DNA of 63,501 nt, counting the filler, from Thraustochytrium aureum (taxonomy: Eukaryota), in NCBI GenBank assembly GCA_012862495.1. It is 5 parts of 3 records of this genome, joined end to end, with 100 filler letters (N's around TTAATTAATTAA, not from the genome) between each part and the next. Parts side by side here need not be neighbours in the genome. Positions count along the whole stretch, not along the records: positions 29,539 to 44,133 come from BLSG01000103.1; positions 44,234 to 61,229 come from BLSG01000103.1; 3 more parts are not named here. One strand, written 5' to 3'. Positions 34,768 to 46,592 of this stretch are shown here, piece by piece. Both the position numbers and the translations under genes were made by a program. Position 1 is the stretch's first letter. Each line of letters begins with the position of its first letter. A model generated the notes under the pieces. The model was not told the DNA's origin. It searched no databases and saw only the letters and a program-made list of their open reading frames with translations.

Positions 34768-35852
34768 TAGGTGGAGTCTCCAAGAGCGCGGCGGCAGCGT
34801 GTTGCTGTGTTGCTGAGCTCTCTGCGGATGTCTGACATGGACTGAAATGCCAGACTCCTCCTCATGCTCCCGGTCGCTAGCAGAGNNNNNNNNNNNNNNN
34901 NNNNNNNNNNNNNNNNNNNNNNNNNNNNNNNNNNNNNNNNNNNNNNNNNNNNNNNNNNNNNNNNNNNNNNNNNNNNNNNNNNNNNNNNNNNNNNNNNNNN
35001 NNNNNNNNNNNNNNNNNNNNNNNNNNNNNNNNNNNNNNNNNNNNNNNNNNNNNNNNNNNNNNNNNNNNNNNNNNNNNNNNNNNNNNNNNNNNNNNNNNNN
35101 NNNNNNNNNNNNNNNNNNNNNNNNNNNNNNNNNNNNNNNNNNNNNNNNNNNNNNNNNNNNNNNNNNNNNNNNNNNNNNNNNNNNNNNNNNNNNNNNNNNN
35201 NNNNNNNNNNNNNNNNNNNNNNNNNNNNNNNNNNNNNNNNNNNNNNNNNNNNNNNNNNNNNNNNNNNNNNNNNNNNNNNNNNNNNNNNNNNNNNNNNNNN
35301 NNNNNNNNNNNNNNNNNNNNNNNNNNNNNNNNNNNNNNNNNNNNNNNNNNNNNNNNNNNNNNNNNNNNNNNNNNNNNNNNNNNNNNNNNNNNNNNNNNNN
35401 NNNNNNNNNNNNNNNNNNNNNNNNNNNNNNNNNNNNNNNNNNNNNNNNNNNNNNNNNNNNNNNNNNNNNNNNNNNNNNNNNNNNNNNNNNNNNNNNNNNN
35501 NNNNNNNNNNNNNNNNNNNNNNNNNNNNNNNNNNNNNNNNNNNNNNNNNNNNNNNNNNNNNNNNNNNNNNNNNNNNNNNNNNNNNNNNNNNNNNNNGAAC
35601 AAGAGAGTGGCGGCCGCCTCCACTGCGACCTGGCGTGCAAACCCGGGCGAGCTTGCTCAACCAGAGCAGGTGATCGGCGCACATTCGTTTCCTCTGGCCA
35701 AGCTCGGCCCATCCTCGCCGTGCTAAGAATAACCTCTAGAGGTAACTGGTACGGACGGAAAATCGCTTTAGCTTGTACTCGTTTGGTGCTCTGCGGCACG
35801 ACCTGACCACTGAGCACCAAACACAGACCAAACACTACTAGTAGCAGCAGGA

Positions 35853-37280
35853 TCAATACTCTTGAATAATCTCCTGCAAGCGCGACGCCCACGAGTCCAG
35901 GGCCAGAAACCGCGTAGCCGATGAAGCAAGAGCAGCACCGTGCCCCGAGGAGCCGGACGTCGCGCTGCGGTCTGCGAGTGATCGCTTTTCGAAAACGGAG
36001 GTGCGCTGATCCAGCCTCCCCTGCACCTTGCCGTCGAGGATGAGCTGCACAAGGATAGACTCGGCAGTGGCAGAGTCCACGTTGATCTTTTGGGCCAAAA
36101 ACTCTGTCTGCACGCGGCGATACGGTTTGACGAGGATGGCAAGGACTTGGGCACGAATGTTGCGGAGCAGGCTATTTACATAGCGCATGATAAACTTGTC
36201 CTCCGTGATCCCGAGCGACTTGTCATGCAAGAGCTTTTCGAACTCCTTGACGTCAGAGCGCTCGAAAGCCTGGCGCAGGCACATCATGGCCTGAATGTCT
36301 TTGTCGTCTTTGTATACCTTCGCCTCGCGGCTGTCGAAGGGGTTGATGTCCTTAAGCGCAATCATGTTGGCCAGCACGACGTACTTGAGGCATTGCTTGG
36401 CGCGAGGGTTGCCGGCTTCCTGGTAGTTGCGAAATCCCTCAAAGAACTCGTCGTAGGCGTCCGACCAGTTTTCCTCCTCCATTTTCATTTTCCCGCCAGC
36501 TTCGTGGATGCCTCCCATGATGCGCGGGTCTTGGATGGCGGCGCTGAGCGACCTCGTCTTGGGGTAGATCTCCTTGAGCTTGCTCTTTTGCCGCGTGGCG
36601 CTGTACATGGCGATCTCGAGAGCGTAGACCTCGAGGAGGTAGGCCTCCTTGTTTGGGTCGTCCTTGCTGGCCCCGGTCTTGAGCGATTCGTGCAGCGAGT
36701 CGATCACCTTGCTCAGCTGCTCGTAGTCGGCGTTTTCCAGGTACATCTTGCCCAGTTTGAGGTTGGTGTTGAACCAGAGGCGCTCGTTGTTGGCGTTGCG
36801 CAGCACGTCGAGCGTGATCTCGTACATTCGCGAGAGCGAGACGGGCGCAGTCCCGGCGGCGGCTTGGGCCGGCGACGAGGCGCCGGCGGCGCCAGACACG
36901 GCAGAAATCGTGTCGAGCACGTTGTTGATCGTGTCGTTGCACTCGTTGCGGGTGACCTTGTCCAGACAGCCGAGGAGCTGTTCGTAGGCGCGGATCATCC
37001 CATCCGAGTTGCCGAGGCGAAATTGCAACCCGACGATGTGTTCGAGCGACTTGAAGCGCCATGTGACCTCGTCAGGGCGCTTTTGCTTCTCCATCTCGAC
37101 CACCTTGGTGAATAGATCCAGCGCGCGCTGCGGCTCGGAGCGCCGAAGGTCTTCGGCTTCGTAAAATGCATTCTCCACGTCGATCGCGTACGAATCTTGC
37201 TGCTCGCTCTCCCCCTCCGCGCCGTCCCCATCCGAGTATACAAACTCCTCGTCAGAGTACTCGTACTCGTAGTCCGACAT
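35853..37280 (-). CDS. CSN2: COP9 signalosome subunit 2
   Basis: YEYEYSD N-terminus, NERLWFNTNLKLGK, LLEVYALEI, GGKM, FFEGFRNY.EAG, CLKYVVLANM, INPFDSREAK, C-terminal PCI domain. Confidence 0.95.
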   Translation of the reverse strand: MSDYEYEYSDEEFVYSDGDGAEGESEQQDSYAIDVENAFYEAEDLRRSEPQRALDLFTKVVEMEKQKRPDEVTWRFKSLEHIVGLQFRLGNSDGMIRAYEQLLGCLDKVTRNECNDTINNVLDTISAVSGAAGASSPAQAAAGTAPVSLSRMYEITLDVLRNANNERLWFNTNLKLGKMYLENADYEQLSKVIDSLHESLKTGASKDDPNKEAYLLEVYALEIAMYSATRQKSKLKEIYPKTRSLSAAIQDPRIMGGIHEAGGKMKMEEENWSDAYDEFFEGFRNYQEAGNPRAKQCLKYVVLANMIALKDINPFDSREAKVYKDDKDIQAMMCLRQAFERSDVKEFEKLLHDKSLGITEDKFIMRYVNSLLRNIRAQVLAILVKPYRRVQTEFLAQKINVDSATAESILVQLILDGKVQGRLDQRTSVFEKRSLADRSATSGSSGHGAALASSATRFLALDSWASRLQEIIQEY

Positions 37281-37530
37281 GCTCTCCGGCGACCTCGCCT
37301 CGGCAGGGGGCCGCTCGCAAAAAGATACCGACACGCCGACGCCACACGAGCCCGCGAGCGAGCGGCCCGAGCGCCAGTCCGCACGATCCTCGCACTCGGC
37401 CCGAGCGCAGTCTATCTTCGCGCCCGGTGCCGCGCGCAGCCTCCGGCAATTGGATCGCCCAGCGAGTCCGGCGCGCTCGAGTCTGGTCTGCTCCTGCCTC
37501 GCTTAGTCAGTCGCTTGCTCCTCACGCTCG

Positions 37531-37678
37531 CACGTCAGTACGACCGCCTTGCACGTCACTATTTCCCATACTCACGTCACTCCTCGCCGTATTTCCGTCA
37601 CTTGCACGGTTGTAAGGCGAGGCATGCCCCTTTGCGCGTCACGACACCCCCCACTCACGTCACGAGACTCCTCGTCAC
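37531..37678. promoter_or_regulatory. Cluster of seven CGTCA/TGACG (CRE/bZIP-like) motifs upstream of CSN2
   Basis: CGTCA at about 37533, 37554, 37575, 37596, 37637, 37658 and 37673. Confidence 0.4.
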
Positions 37679-38037
37679 GGCACAGCATCCTCGATGCAGT
37701 GCAGAACGATGCTTGCCGGCAACACGGATGGACGCAGGCACGTCGCATGCGTGCATGGATGGGTATGTAGATACCACGAGGCCTGGCTCAAGAAGAGCTT
37801 GCGGCAAGTGGATGGATGGCACGAGCGGTTCGGCCGATCTCGCAAGTCTCCTCCAGCTCAGCTCGACGCGCTCTTATTTTCTGTTGAGCTAGCCGTTCAA
37901 CAGCGCGATTGCGCCGTGCGCGCTGTGGGCGTCTGCGCTGGACGCGGCGAGACCCCAAGGAGCTTGGCCAGTCGTTCTGTATTTCTTAGATCTCAACCAA
38001 GAACAGGCAATCGGGAAGAGAGTTGCGCGTTTTCATC

Positions 38038-38903
38038 TCAAAGGTTCGGCGGTGGCGTTGCTAGGTCAGCAGTCTCAAGGTCAAGCGAAGCTCGGCGAGG
38101 TGGTGCGTCTCCATCTGGCGACGCTGGTGCTACCGGCGCATGTTGAACGGAACGGCGGCCCTGGGGCGGCTCGGCGGGGCCAGACCCTGCCCTACTCTTG
38201 CGGGACTGGTCCTTGGTGCGGTCAGTCTTGGTCGCGCTAGCTCGACGCGAAGTACGGGTAGAGCCGCTCCCGCTCCCATCGTCCTCGTTTGAACTCTCCT
38301 CCCAGACCTCGTGATCAGGAAGCTCCTCGTCGTTAAGCATACCGATGATGAGCTGGCGGCGCTTGCCGGCGAAAATGCCGTGGCCGATCCGAATGAGACG
38401 CCAAATGCGAGCAAAAATGACCGCGCTGGCCGCAGAAGAGTCCTCTGAGCTGTGCAGCACGATCTCGAGCACGAGCGAGACAGTCACAATTGTAAAGTCG
38501 AGGTAGTAGCCGCAGTTGCGAAAGAACTGGATCCCTAGCGTGAGAAAGAGCAGCGTCAACTCGACCTCGAAGACGATGAGGATTGAAACGCTTCCCAGGT
38601 AGAGTGCCTGCATGGCAACGTCTACAGCGGCGGGGCGGGCGATGCACTGAACCACGTTGCTCCCAGCCGCGCCCGACGAGTTGACGCAGGAGGCATGGTC
38701 CAGAATTGCGTAGCAGGGTGGGAAGCTTGCATCCAGGAAGACCTGCGTGAAGAGAAAGACAACGTCCAGCAGCAGGAGAAACCCGAGGATGAACTGAGTG
38801 TTGGTTGAGTGCACAAACCTGATGGCGGCGGAGCGCCACTTGCTCTTCAGCTCGTTGTCCACATACGACACCTCCGAGGCCTCAGCAACGAACCAGTGAA
38901 TGC
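38038..38903 (-). CDS. HVCN1: Voltage-gated proton channel Hv1-like (voltage sensor only); 5' partial
   Basis: S1 LLLLDVV (selectivity Asp), S2 SILIVFEVE, S3 LDFTIV, S4 RIWRLIRIGHG (RxWRxxR signature); no pore domain follows. Confidence 0.85.
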
Positions 38904-39933
38904 NNNNNNNNNNNNNNNNNNNNNNNNNNNNNNNNNNNNNNNNNNNNNNNNNNNNNNNNNNNNNNNNNNNNNNNNNNNNNNNNNNNNNNNNNNNNNNNNN
39001 NNNNNNNNNNNNNNNNNNNNNNNNNNNNNNNNNNNNNNNNNNNNNNNNNNNNNNNNNNNNNNNNNNNNNNNNNNNNNNNNNNNNNNNNNNNNNNNNNNNN
39101 NNNNNNNNNNNNNNNNNNNNNNNNNNNNNNNGATCGTGGCGGGCGCTCCGTCGGTGGCTCCCAGGCCGCCGCGCTCGCGCGATTGCTGCGGGTGGACTGC
39201 GACAGGTGTGGCGACTGTGGGTGGGAGGAGGGATGTTCGTTTGTTCGGTAGGTGCACACCTGGATGGGCAGATTCACTTGGTGGGTCTGAACTGGAACCC
39301 GCCTTGCGCGCGCGCGCGGGAAGGTGGGCCGTGGCGCGGCCGTCCGCAAAGCAAACGGAACGAAGCAACGCTCGCATCGCGCGATGGCAAGGCCGCCCTG
39401 CACTGTCCACTAGTCGCTTGTTTCTAATTAGAGTAACTCTGACATCGAGGCAACTCACTTCGAAGAGGTGTCGCCAGGTCCGTCACGGCGGTTGAGTAGC
39501 CGGATCACTCTGGCGGCGACTTGCTGATTGAGAACGGCCCTCATTCCAGTCCATTGGCAGACTCCAACAAGTGGGAGCGTCCCGATCCGATCCCGCGCAC
39601 AGCAACGCGCTCGACGACAAAACACGCGTGGCACATGATCAAAACCTGGGATCAGTCCTCCAATAGTCCTGGGCGGTTTTGTGTTTCGCGCGCTTCATTC
39701 GACCCCTTGTCTCGCTCTGGCGGCAACCATTCGAAATCCGTTGTCCTAACGATGCCCCAAAAAGCGCCCAAAACTCGCGGGGACGCCAACCGCCAACCTT
39801 TGCTCTGTTCGATATATTTCATCGAACGCCGCACAAGCGCATGGGCGTTGCGGTGAAGGCGCAGCCCACAAAATGGATTGCAGGCACGCGCCGCCAAGGC
39901 CAATCCATACATACACCCTATTGCGGCGCGCGC

Positions 39934-41490
39934 TCACCAGCGGAAACCCTTGACGTTGCCTTCTTTGTGAATGTTGGTGATTACGCGGCCGCGAAACTTG
40001 GTGACCACCAACCCGCGAATGAGATCAGCTGGGCAGGTCCGAGGAATGCACAAATACGTTTGCGGCTTGCCCTCGAGCGGCTTGCCCTTTGTGGTGCCGA
40101 TGATGATGCAATTGCGCTCGTTGCGCAGAAGCTCCTTTTTCCCATCCGCCTTGTGGCAGATCTGATCGCGCAAGTACGGCTTGCTTTGCTCGCACTTGAG
40201 TAGCTCGTCTTCCTTCCAAATCGGGTGCTCGCGCAGGCGCGTGTTGATCTGGTGCCGCGTCTGTTCTGTCAGCAGTGCCTTAAACCCGCCGGCCCCTTTG
40301 CCCTTGCCCTTTTGTACCGCGTTCGAGACGAATTCCCATTGCTTGATGTCCAACGCGCGTGCCTCGTGCCCTGTCGTGTTGAGGTCCTTGTCCCGCCAAT
40401 GCAACCCAAGAAACGCGGCGAGCTCGTCGATGTCCTCGGGGCGCAACTTCATCATTTCTGAGAACTTTACGCTCAGGACCTCGTCGCGCACGTACCACGA
40501 GTGCGCGGTGACAGCCCAGCGATCGATGGCCTGGCGGAAGAATTTCCCTTTCAGGTACATCTCCCAGCTTGTCGACTCGCGAAATTTGCGGTCGTAGCTC
40601 TGCCGGTAGTAAAACATACTCACCACCACGTCATATATGTTGCGGTGCGGGTGCAGCAGCTTGGTGTTGGACCGAATCCAATTCCAACACCGGCAGTCCA
40701 GCTCATCCGCAGTGGCAACCACGTGGTTGGCCTTCATCACGTTCTTGTCCTGCGGGAATAGGTTGTGCAGCATGTCCATGGTCATGTGCGTTCCACTGCG
40801 CCTGTTGCTCACGACGAGAATGGTCGGGATGCGCTTGATGTTCTCCACGCGCTCGCAACCCTCTCGCTCCTTGATGAGGCTGGGCTCGTCGGCCACGTCG
40901 CGCAAACGCTGTTCTCGTCGCCGCTCAAACTCGGCGCGCGTCAAGTTCTTGTGCTTGAGGACCCCGAATTGCTCCTCAAAGTTCTCGAGGGACCCAAGAG
41001 TGAGCTCGCGCGCGGTGTCGCTATCGATCTCTTTCAATGGGATGTACTTGAAGCGCGGCTTAAGCAGCGCCTGATGCGCTGGGTCGCCGTTGCTTTCTTG
41101 GCCAGAGTCCGCGGCGCTTTGGTCTTGCGCGTCAGACCCAAAGCCGAATTCCGTATTGTCCTCAGCGTCGTCAAACTCGCTCGCGGCTGCTTGGTTGAGG
41201 GCCTCCATTTCGGACAGTTCGGCGCGGCCCATCTCGCCAGCCAGCGAGCCGTCGCTTGACTCGTCGAGTCTGAACTTGTTGTGAACTTGCAAAACCGTGG
41301 GCGCGTCCAAGGGCCCTTGGTCGCCGCCCAGCGCCTGCTTGAACAGAGACTGGAGAGCAAGGACGCTTGCAAAGAAGACGAAGAAGGCAAAAACCGTCCG
41401 CGCCCGGCGCCCCACCTTGCGGGCCGCCCCACCGGAGCGTTCCCCGGTTTGCTCCATCCTCTTGTACGCCTCGCGCGAGCTCTCCACCAT
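39934..41490 (-). CDS. Type II membrane sulfotransferase-like protein
   Basis: N-terminal TM (TVFAFFVFFASVLAL), 5'-PSB-like VSNRRSGTH and 3'-PB-like RNIYDVVVSMFYY. Confidence 0.75.
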   Translation of the reverse strand: MVESSREAYKRMEQTGERSGGAARKVGRRARTVFAFFVFFASVLALQSLFKQALGGDQGPLDAPTVLQVHNKFRLDESSDGSLAGEMGRAELSEMEALNQAAASEFDDAEDNTEFGFGSDAQDQSAADSGQESNGDPAHQALLKPRFKYIPLKEIDSDTARELTLGSLENFEEQFGVLKHKNLTRAEFERRREQRLRDVADEPSLIKEREGCERVENIKRIPTILVVSNRRSGTHMTMDMLHNLFPQDKNVMKANHVVATADELDCRCWNWIRSNTKLLHPHRNIYDVVVSMFYYRQSYDRKFRESTSWEMYLKGKFFRQAIDRWAVTAHSWYVRDEVLSVKFSEMMKLRPEDIDELAAFLGLHWRDKDLNTTGHEARALDIKQWEFVSNAVQKGKGKGAGGFKALLTEQTRHQINTRLREHPIWKEDELLKCEQSKPYLRDQICHKADGKKELLRNERNCIIIGTTKGKPLEGKPQTYLCIPRTCPADLIRGLVVTKFRGRVITNIHKEGNVKGFRW

Positions 41491-41882
41491 CGCCGCGGCC
41501 CCACTCGGGCTCGTGTCTCCCAAGCGAGCCGTCTCGAGATGCTCGCGACCAGGGCCGAGCAGCACAGTGCCTTGCGCAAGGGCGGTCGCGGCTCCGAGCG
41601 GCGCGTCGCGTTGCCTGCCTGCCTGCCTGACTCGCTTCGATCGGTTCGGAGTCTTCGGACGCGTGGCGGCGTCGAATCCACTCGAATAACGAACTGTTCT
41701 GCTGCCATCGGCGAACCACGAGCTGTTCTTCTCGCAGCGTTCGGGGCGCAGGACAGATGCCCTCTTCGTTGTTTGTCCAGAGTGAGGACTCGGCCGCGGC
41801 GGTGGCGGAGCGGGACTGGCACAGCGTGCAGCGCGTTTTCGGTCCTCGGCGACCACCTGCAATTGCGACACGACAGTCGCTA

Positions 41883-43658
41883 ATGCACGAGAGAGCGAGA
41901 GAAAGCGCCGCGATGGAGGTCGGCGCGAGCAAAACCGCAGAGGTCGCGGCTGCCGTCTTCTTCGCGCGCAACGCGACCGCCACGGTGGAGTTGGCGAGTG
42001 GCCTCGACCAGAGCGCGTTCGTACAAGACCCGAGCAAAGTGCAGCTGTCGGAGCAAGCCGAGGTCGCGGAGCAAGGCGAACCGGTCCCCGCAGCTTCCAG
42101 TCGCGGCCAGCGTCGTGCGCGCCCAAAAGCGAAACCAGCGCAGGATGCGCCAATGGCGTTCACCCGCGAAGAGCTCGCGCAAGCTGCTGCCTCTTTTGGC
42201 CTGCGGCTTGTTCCGGTGGGGACTCGCAGTGCGGGCCAGAAAGGACGCTCCGATCCTGTCTTGCACGCAACGAAAAAAAGGACGCGGCAGTCCTACACGG
42301 ACAAGGAAAAACTGAGCATCATCACCGCGTACTCACACGGAGGGCGCCAGTGCATGCTGGCGATTGCTCAGGCGATGGGGATGCCCGCGCGCACAGCTGA
42401 AGACCTCGTTTTTCGCGCCAAGCGCGCCAGGCCGCACCCCGACGACGCGCCGCCGCGAGGTGCCAATGCCCGCGTTGGCAGACATTCCAAGCTTACTGAA
42501 GCAGACGTTCGACGGATGGAGCACCTTTGGTATTTCAACAGCGAGACGACGTACAGGCAGATGCAGGAGCTCCTGAACCGTGAAAAGCTGCGCGACCTGC
42601 TGAAAGAAGACGGGGTGGCTGCCCCCCGAGAGGGCGAGGCAGAAGAGTTCGGCCCGCTTGACACAGCCAAGTGCCTGCGCGAGAATCCCTCTACCGCTCA
42701 GCGGCTCCAGCGGACGCGAATCACGTCAGCATCGACGATCCACAAGTGGAGGAGGCAGGTCGTCTTCATCCGCAAGCATGTCATCAAGGAGAGCGAGGCA
42801 GCCAACACTGCCGAAAACATGAAGGCGCGGCTGGCGTGGGCCACATTTTTGTACGGCCAGCTACGGCACCCCAAGTCATACGTGATTTTCCACAGCGAAA
42901 CTCGTTTTCACTTCCGCGCAGGGCCGAACCACGGCTTCGCCTCACCACACGGGTTCCGGTCTGACAAGCGGACGGCGGCGATGGACCTCCAAGCACAAGT
43001 CTCGCTCACCGTCCACCCAACAGATGGGCTTTTGAGCTGGGCCTCGATTCGATCGCAAAGGGCGTCGCGCTCGAGCAAGGGGCGGCTGAAGCGGGCAAGG
43101 GCTCCGAGGGCAGAGGGCAAACGCGCCACGAGCCAGACTGCACCACCGAGGCTTTCGTTGGGGCAATGGACAGCCTGTTCACAACGTTGCTTGAGCCCGA
43201 AAGGCGCCAAGATGTGAAGGGGAAGAATGTCCTCGTGGTTTTTTGACGGCCACCTCACTGCTGGGCTTGGTGCTATGGCCGCCGTGAGCAAGCTTGACTC
43301 GTTTTGGACGCTCAGGAGCGAACTCGAGTCTGACGGTGGCAGTCTCCGCTTCTCGCAATGCGCACCGATGTCGCCGCAGCTCAACCTCGCAGAGTTTTAC
43401 GCCCGAAAGCTGTGCGAACTAGCAGCAACAGGTCTCCTGGACGGCGTGAACCAGCGTGAAAGGGACCGTTCGCTCTTGCGCGGAGGAGGGGGGATCGTGG
43501 ACTGTTCCAATGCTTTAGCACAGAGCATCGAGGCCGCGCTCCATGAAATCCAAGCTCGCCGCGTCAAAGTTGCACCAACCTTCGAGGCTCTGGTGAGCTT
43601 TTTGGCTGACTGCCTCCAGGCCGACGGCTGCCTCGACTTTCGCCGCCCGATGGCGTAG
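41883..43658 (+). mobile_element. Degenerate or domesticated IS630/Tc1-mariner-like transposase; frameshifts near 43065 and 43240
   Basis: HTH RQSYTDKEKLSII..AIAQAMGMP, KLTEAD, SASTIHKW, RLAWA, VIFHSET (D1 position altered), VLVVFD (D2), APMSPQLNLAE (PYSPDLNPIE-like). No TIRs seen. Confidence 0.65.
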
Positions 43659-44177
43659 GGGCCAAACTGATCATGTGAGAGTGGGGTTGACCTTGCAGAC
43701 TCAGAACAGAAATCTGTACAATGGCCAGGTCGCTTTCGAGTCATGTCAGCCGCGGAGAGCCTTGTAGGTGAATGGGAACTCGTAGCTCGTTTTTATCCAG
43801 GTCGGTGCGGAGAAGAGACTCAAGGGACAGCCAGTGACGGGGCAGCTCTGCGCCCGACGGACGGTGGCCGCGTGCTGACGAGTCCGTCCCCGGACCAGTC
43901 CCGTAGGAACCGGGCTGATGACAACCAAAAGAAGCCTGAAGATGGCGAAGAGCCTGACGGATGATGGATGGCCTTCTAATGGCGAAACGAAACGCCCGTG
44001 ACAAACTTGTTGACGCGTGGTGACCCGCGGATCGAACCAAGCTAGACCACGCTAAAACCAAGCGAACCTCTTTTGATTGAGGGAGAGATAACAAGACGAC
44101 ACCTGCGTTCCCACGCAACAATGCAATAAGTAANNNNNNNNNNNNNNNNNNNNNNNNNNNNNNNNNNNNNNNNNNNN

Positions 44178-44189
44178 TTAATTAATTAA
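44178..44189. other. Artificial scaffold linker
   Basis: TTAATTAATTAA within Ns. Confidence 0.97.
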
Positions 44190-44419
44190 NNNNNNNNNNN
44201 NNNNNNNNNNNNNNNNNNNNNNNNNNNNNNNNNGGCAGGCAGGCGAGTTGGTGGCTGGGTTGCTGGGTTGCTGGCGGGTTGGCTGGCGGGTTGGCTGGGC
44301 GGTGGTGGCGCGGGTCGGCAGGGCGCGGCCCCGTGGCGGCTCGAAACGGTGAACGGAAGGCCGACCGACCGCCTGGCGCTGGCTGGGTGGCTGGGTGGCT
44401 GGGTTGGGGCGCGGCTGGC

Positions 44420-46592
44420 ATGGTGCTCGCGAGCGCGCCGGAGATGAACGCGCAGGCGAGGGTGGCGCTGGGAAGCGCGACCGTGGGAGGCGGTGGCGCG
44501 GCCGCGCTCAAGGGGCGCGCCTCGGCACTGCCTTTGCCCGGACCCGTGCGCGTGGGCACGGAAGGGACCAGCAAGGCGTTCGTTGGTGCACGGCCTGCCT
44601 TTGCTGGCGGCGTTTCGCCAAACGAAAACAACGACGTCGCAAACAAAAGTGTGCAACTCGGCGGCGTTGGCATGGTCGGGTTCAGGCTCCACGAGTCGAA
44701 AAGACTCTTGGGGCGCGACGGCGGCGACAAGTCGCTCGCCAAGCGACCATGGAGCGCAGAAGAAGACCGCACCCTCGGCGCCACTGTTCGACGGCTGGGC
44801 GCCAAGTCGTGGTCAATGATCGCCGCGGAACTCCCCGGACGCAGCGGCAAACAGTGCCGCGAGCGCTGGCACAATCACCTCAACCCAGACGTCAAGAAAG
44901 GGACCTGGACGAAAGAAGAGGACGCCATCATCTTCGAGTACCACAGCAAACTCGGCAACCAATGGGCCGAGATAGCAAAGTTTGTGCACGGAAGGACGGA
45001 TAACGCGATCAAAAACCGATACTACTCAACGATGCGTCGACTGTCGCGACAGGCAGCGCGAGCAGCAGATGGGGCCTCCTGTGTCCCCGATCACCCTCTG
45101 CTCAAGCACGACGCAGTCAAGGGTGAAAAAGCGGTTTCCAAACCAAACCTGCCGGCGGTTGGGTCCCCTCCTCAATCGGTTGGGTCTGCTGCGAGTTCGT
45201 CCACGGGATCTACACTGTCACAGCGCAGAAACGAGCCAGCGAAGGACTCGGAGCTCGCGCGTCAGATTCAGCAACAGCAGAACCGGGCGCAGAAAGACCC
45301 CCGCTCCGAGCGTGGGCCTTCGTTCAGCATGTCGCAGCAGCCGCAGCAGCACCTGCAACATCAGCATGGCCAACAGCAGCACCAGCGTTTCCACCATAAT
45401 CAGCACGAGGCCAGCCTGCAGCAGCAGCAGCAGCACCAACACCACCACCAACAACAGCACGGGTCTCTGGGCATGGGTGGGATGCACATGCATGGGTCTC
45501 ACATGCACCAGGGACACCAGCACCATCTTGGCATGAACCATGGAAACCCGGGCATGTACCCAATGTCGCACTCGCAACACTTTCCTCCGCCTCAGCTGGC
45601 CGCTCACAGTGGGTTTGACGCCTTCATGAGCGGACCAGCGCGGCTTCCCGAGACCGACGCGAGTCGGCCCTCGAGCAGCGCGGCAGCCAAGAGGAAGCCA
45701 GGAAAAGCCAAGAAGAAATTCGCCAGCGTTTCCGGGGCCCCTCCCACAAGCTCGACTGCCGTTGGCAAGCTGGCTGCCGCGGGCAAGAGCTCGGTCGCCA
45801 AGCAGTCAGTCGGAGCTAAGCGGCGCGCCAGCACGAGTGCCTCGAGTGGCAAAGGCCGCGCCGCGACGGGCAAACGCACAGGGAGCGGGAATGAAAGTTC
45901 TGCCGCCAACTCGGGCATGTCCAAGCGCCCATGTCTACAAGTCCAGACGTTCCCCGGCTCCTCTGGACTGGGCGACTTTGAGCTCGGCTCGCTTTCAAAG
46001 CTCACCCCCGCTTCGTCGGAGGCCATGTCTCTTTTGGGCCAGCTGAGCCCCAAAATACAAAGCCTGCACTTTGGATCGAGCCACGGTTTCTCCACCGGGT
46101 CGGGCCACTTTGGGACCTCGCCGATATTTTCCAGCTACGGGCCTCTGCCAGCGACGCCCGCGCAGGGGTCGCACCTGTTTTCGCCGCGCCTGTTTCCCAA
46201 CTCGCCGCTCGCCCCGATGCTCTCCGCTCGAAACGGGGCGGGCGGTATGTACAAGTGGAACGTGCGGACGCCGCAGCACTTTGGCCACTTCGCTCTCGGG
46301 GGCGGCGCGCAAGGCATGGCCAGCTACGCGCACATGGGACGCCAAGAAGCGGGCGACGTACTTGGTGGCAGCGGACCAGGCGCCGCCAACGCGCGATCGA
46401 CGAGCAGCTCAGGGCCGGGCGGCGCCTCGGGCCTGTTTCTGCACATGCCGCATCAGTACTGCACCCCCCCGGAATGGGCGCGGGCATGCCATCTTCAGGC
46501 TTTGCGGGCGGGCATGGTCCTATCGCCCAGACGCCGACACAGGGCATGTCGCACGATTTTGACTTTAGCATCGAAGCACTGGAGGCCGCACT
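44420..46592 (+). CDS. R2R3-type MYB transcription factor with Q/H-rich region; 3' end uncertain (frameshift near 46465, gap)
   Basis: [60 protein letters not shown]. Confidence 0.93.

Noticed and set aside
36090..37115. 341-aa plus-strand ORF and similar long antisense ORFs elsewhere
   Set aside because: Shadow frames of GC-rich genes (here CSN2).
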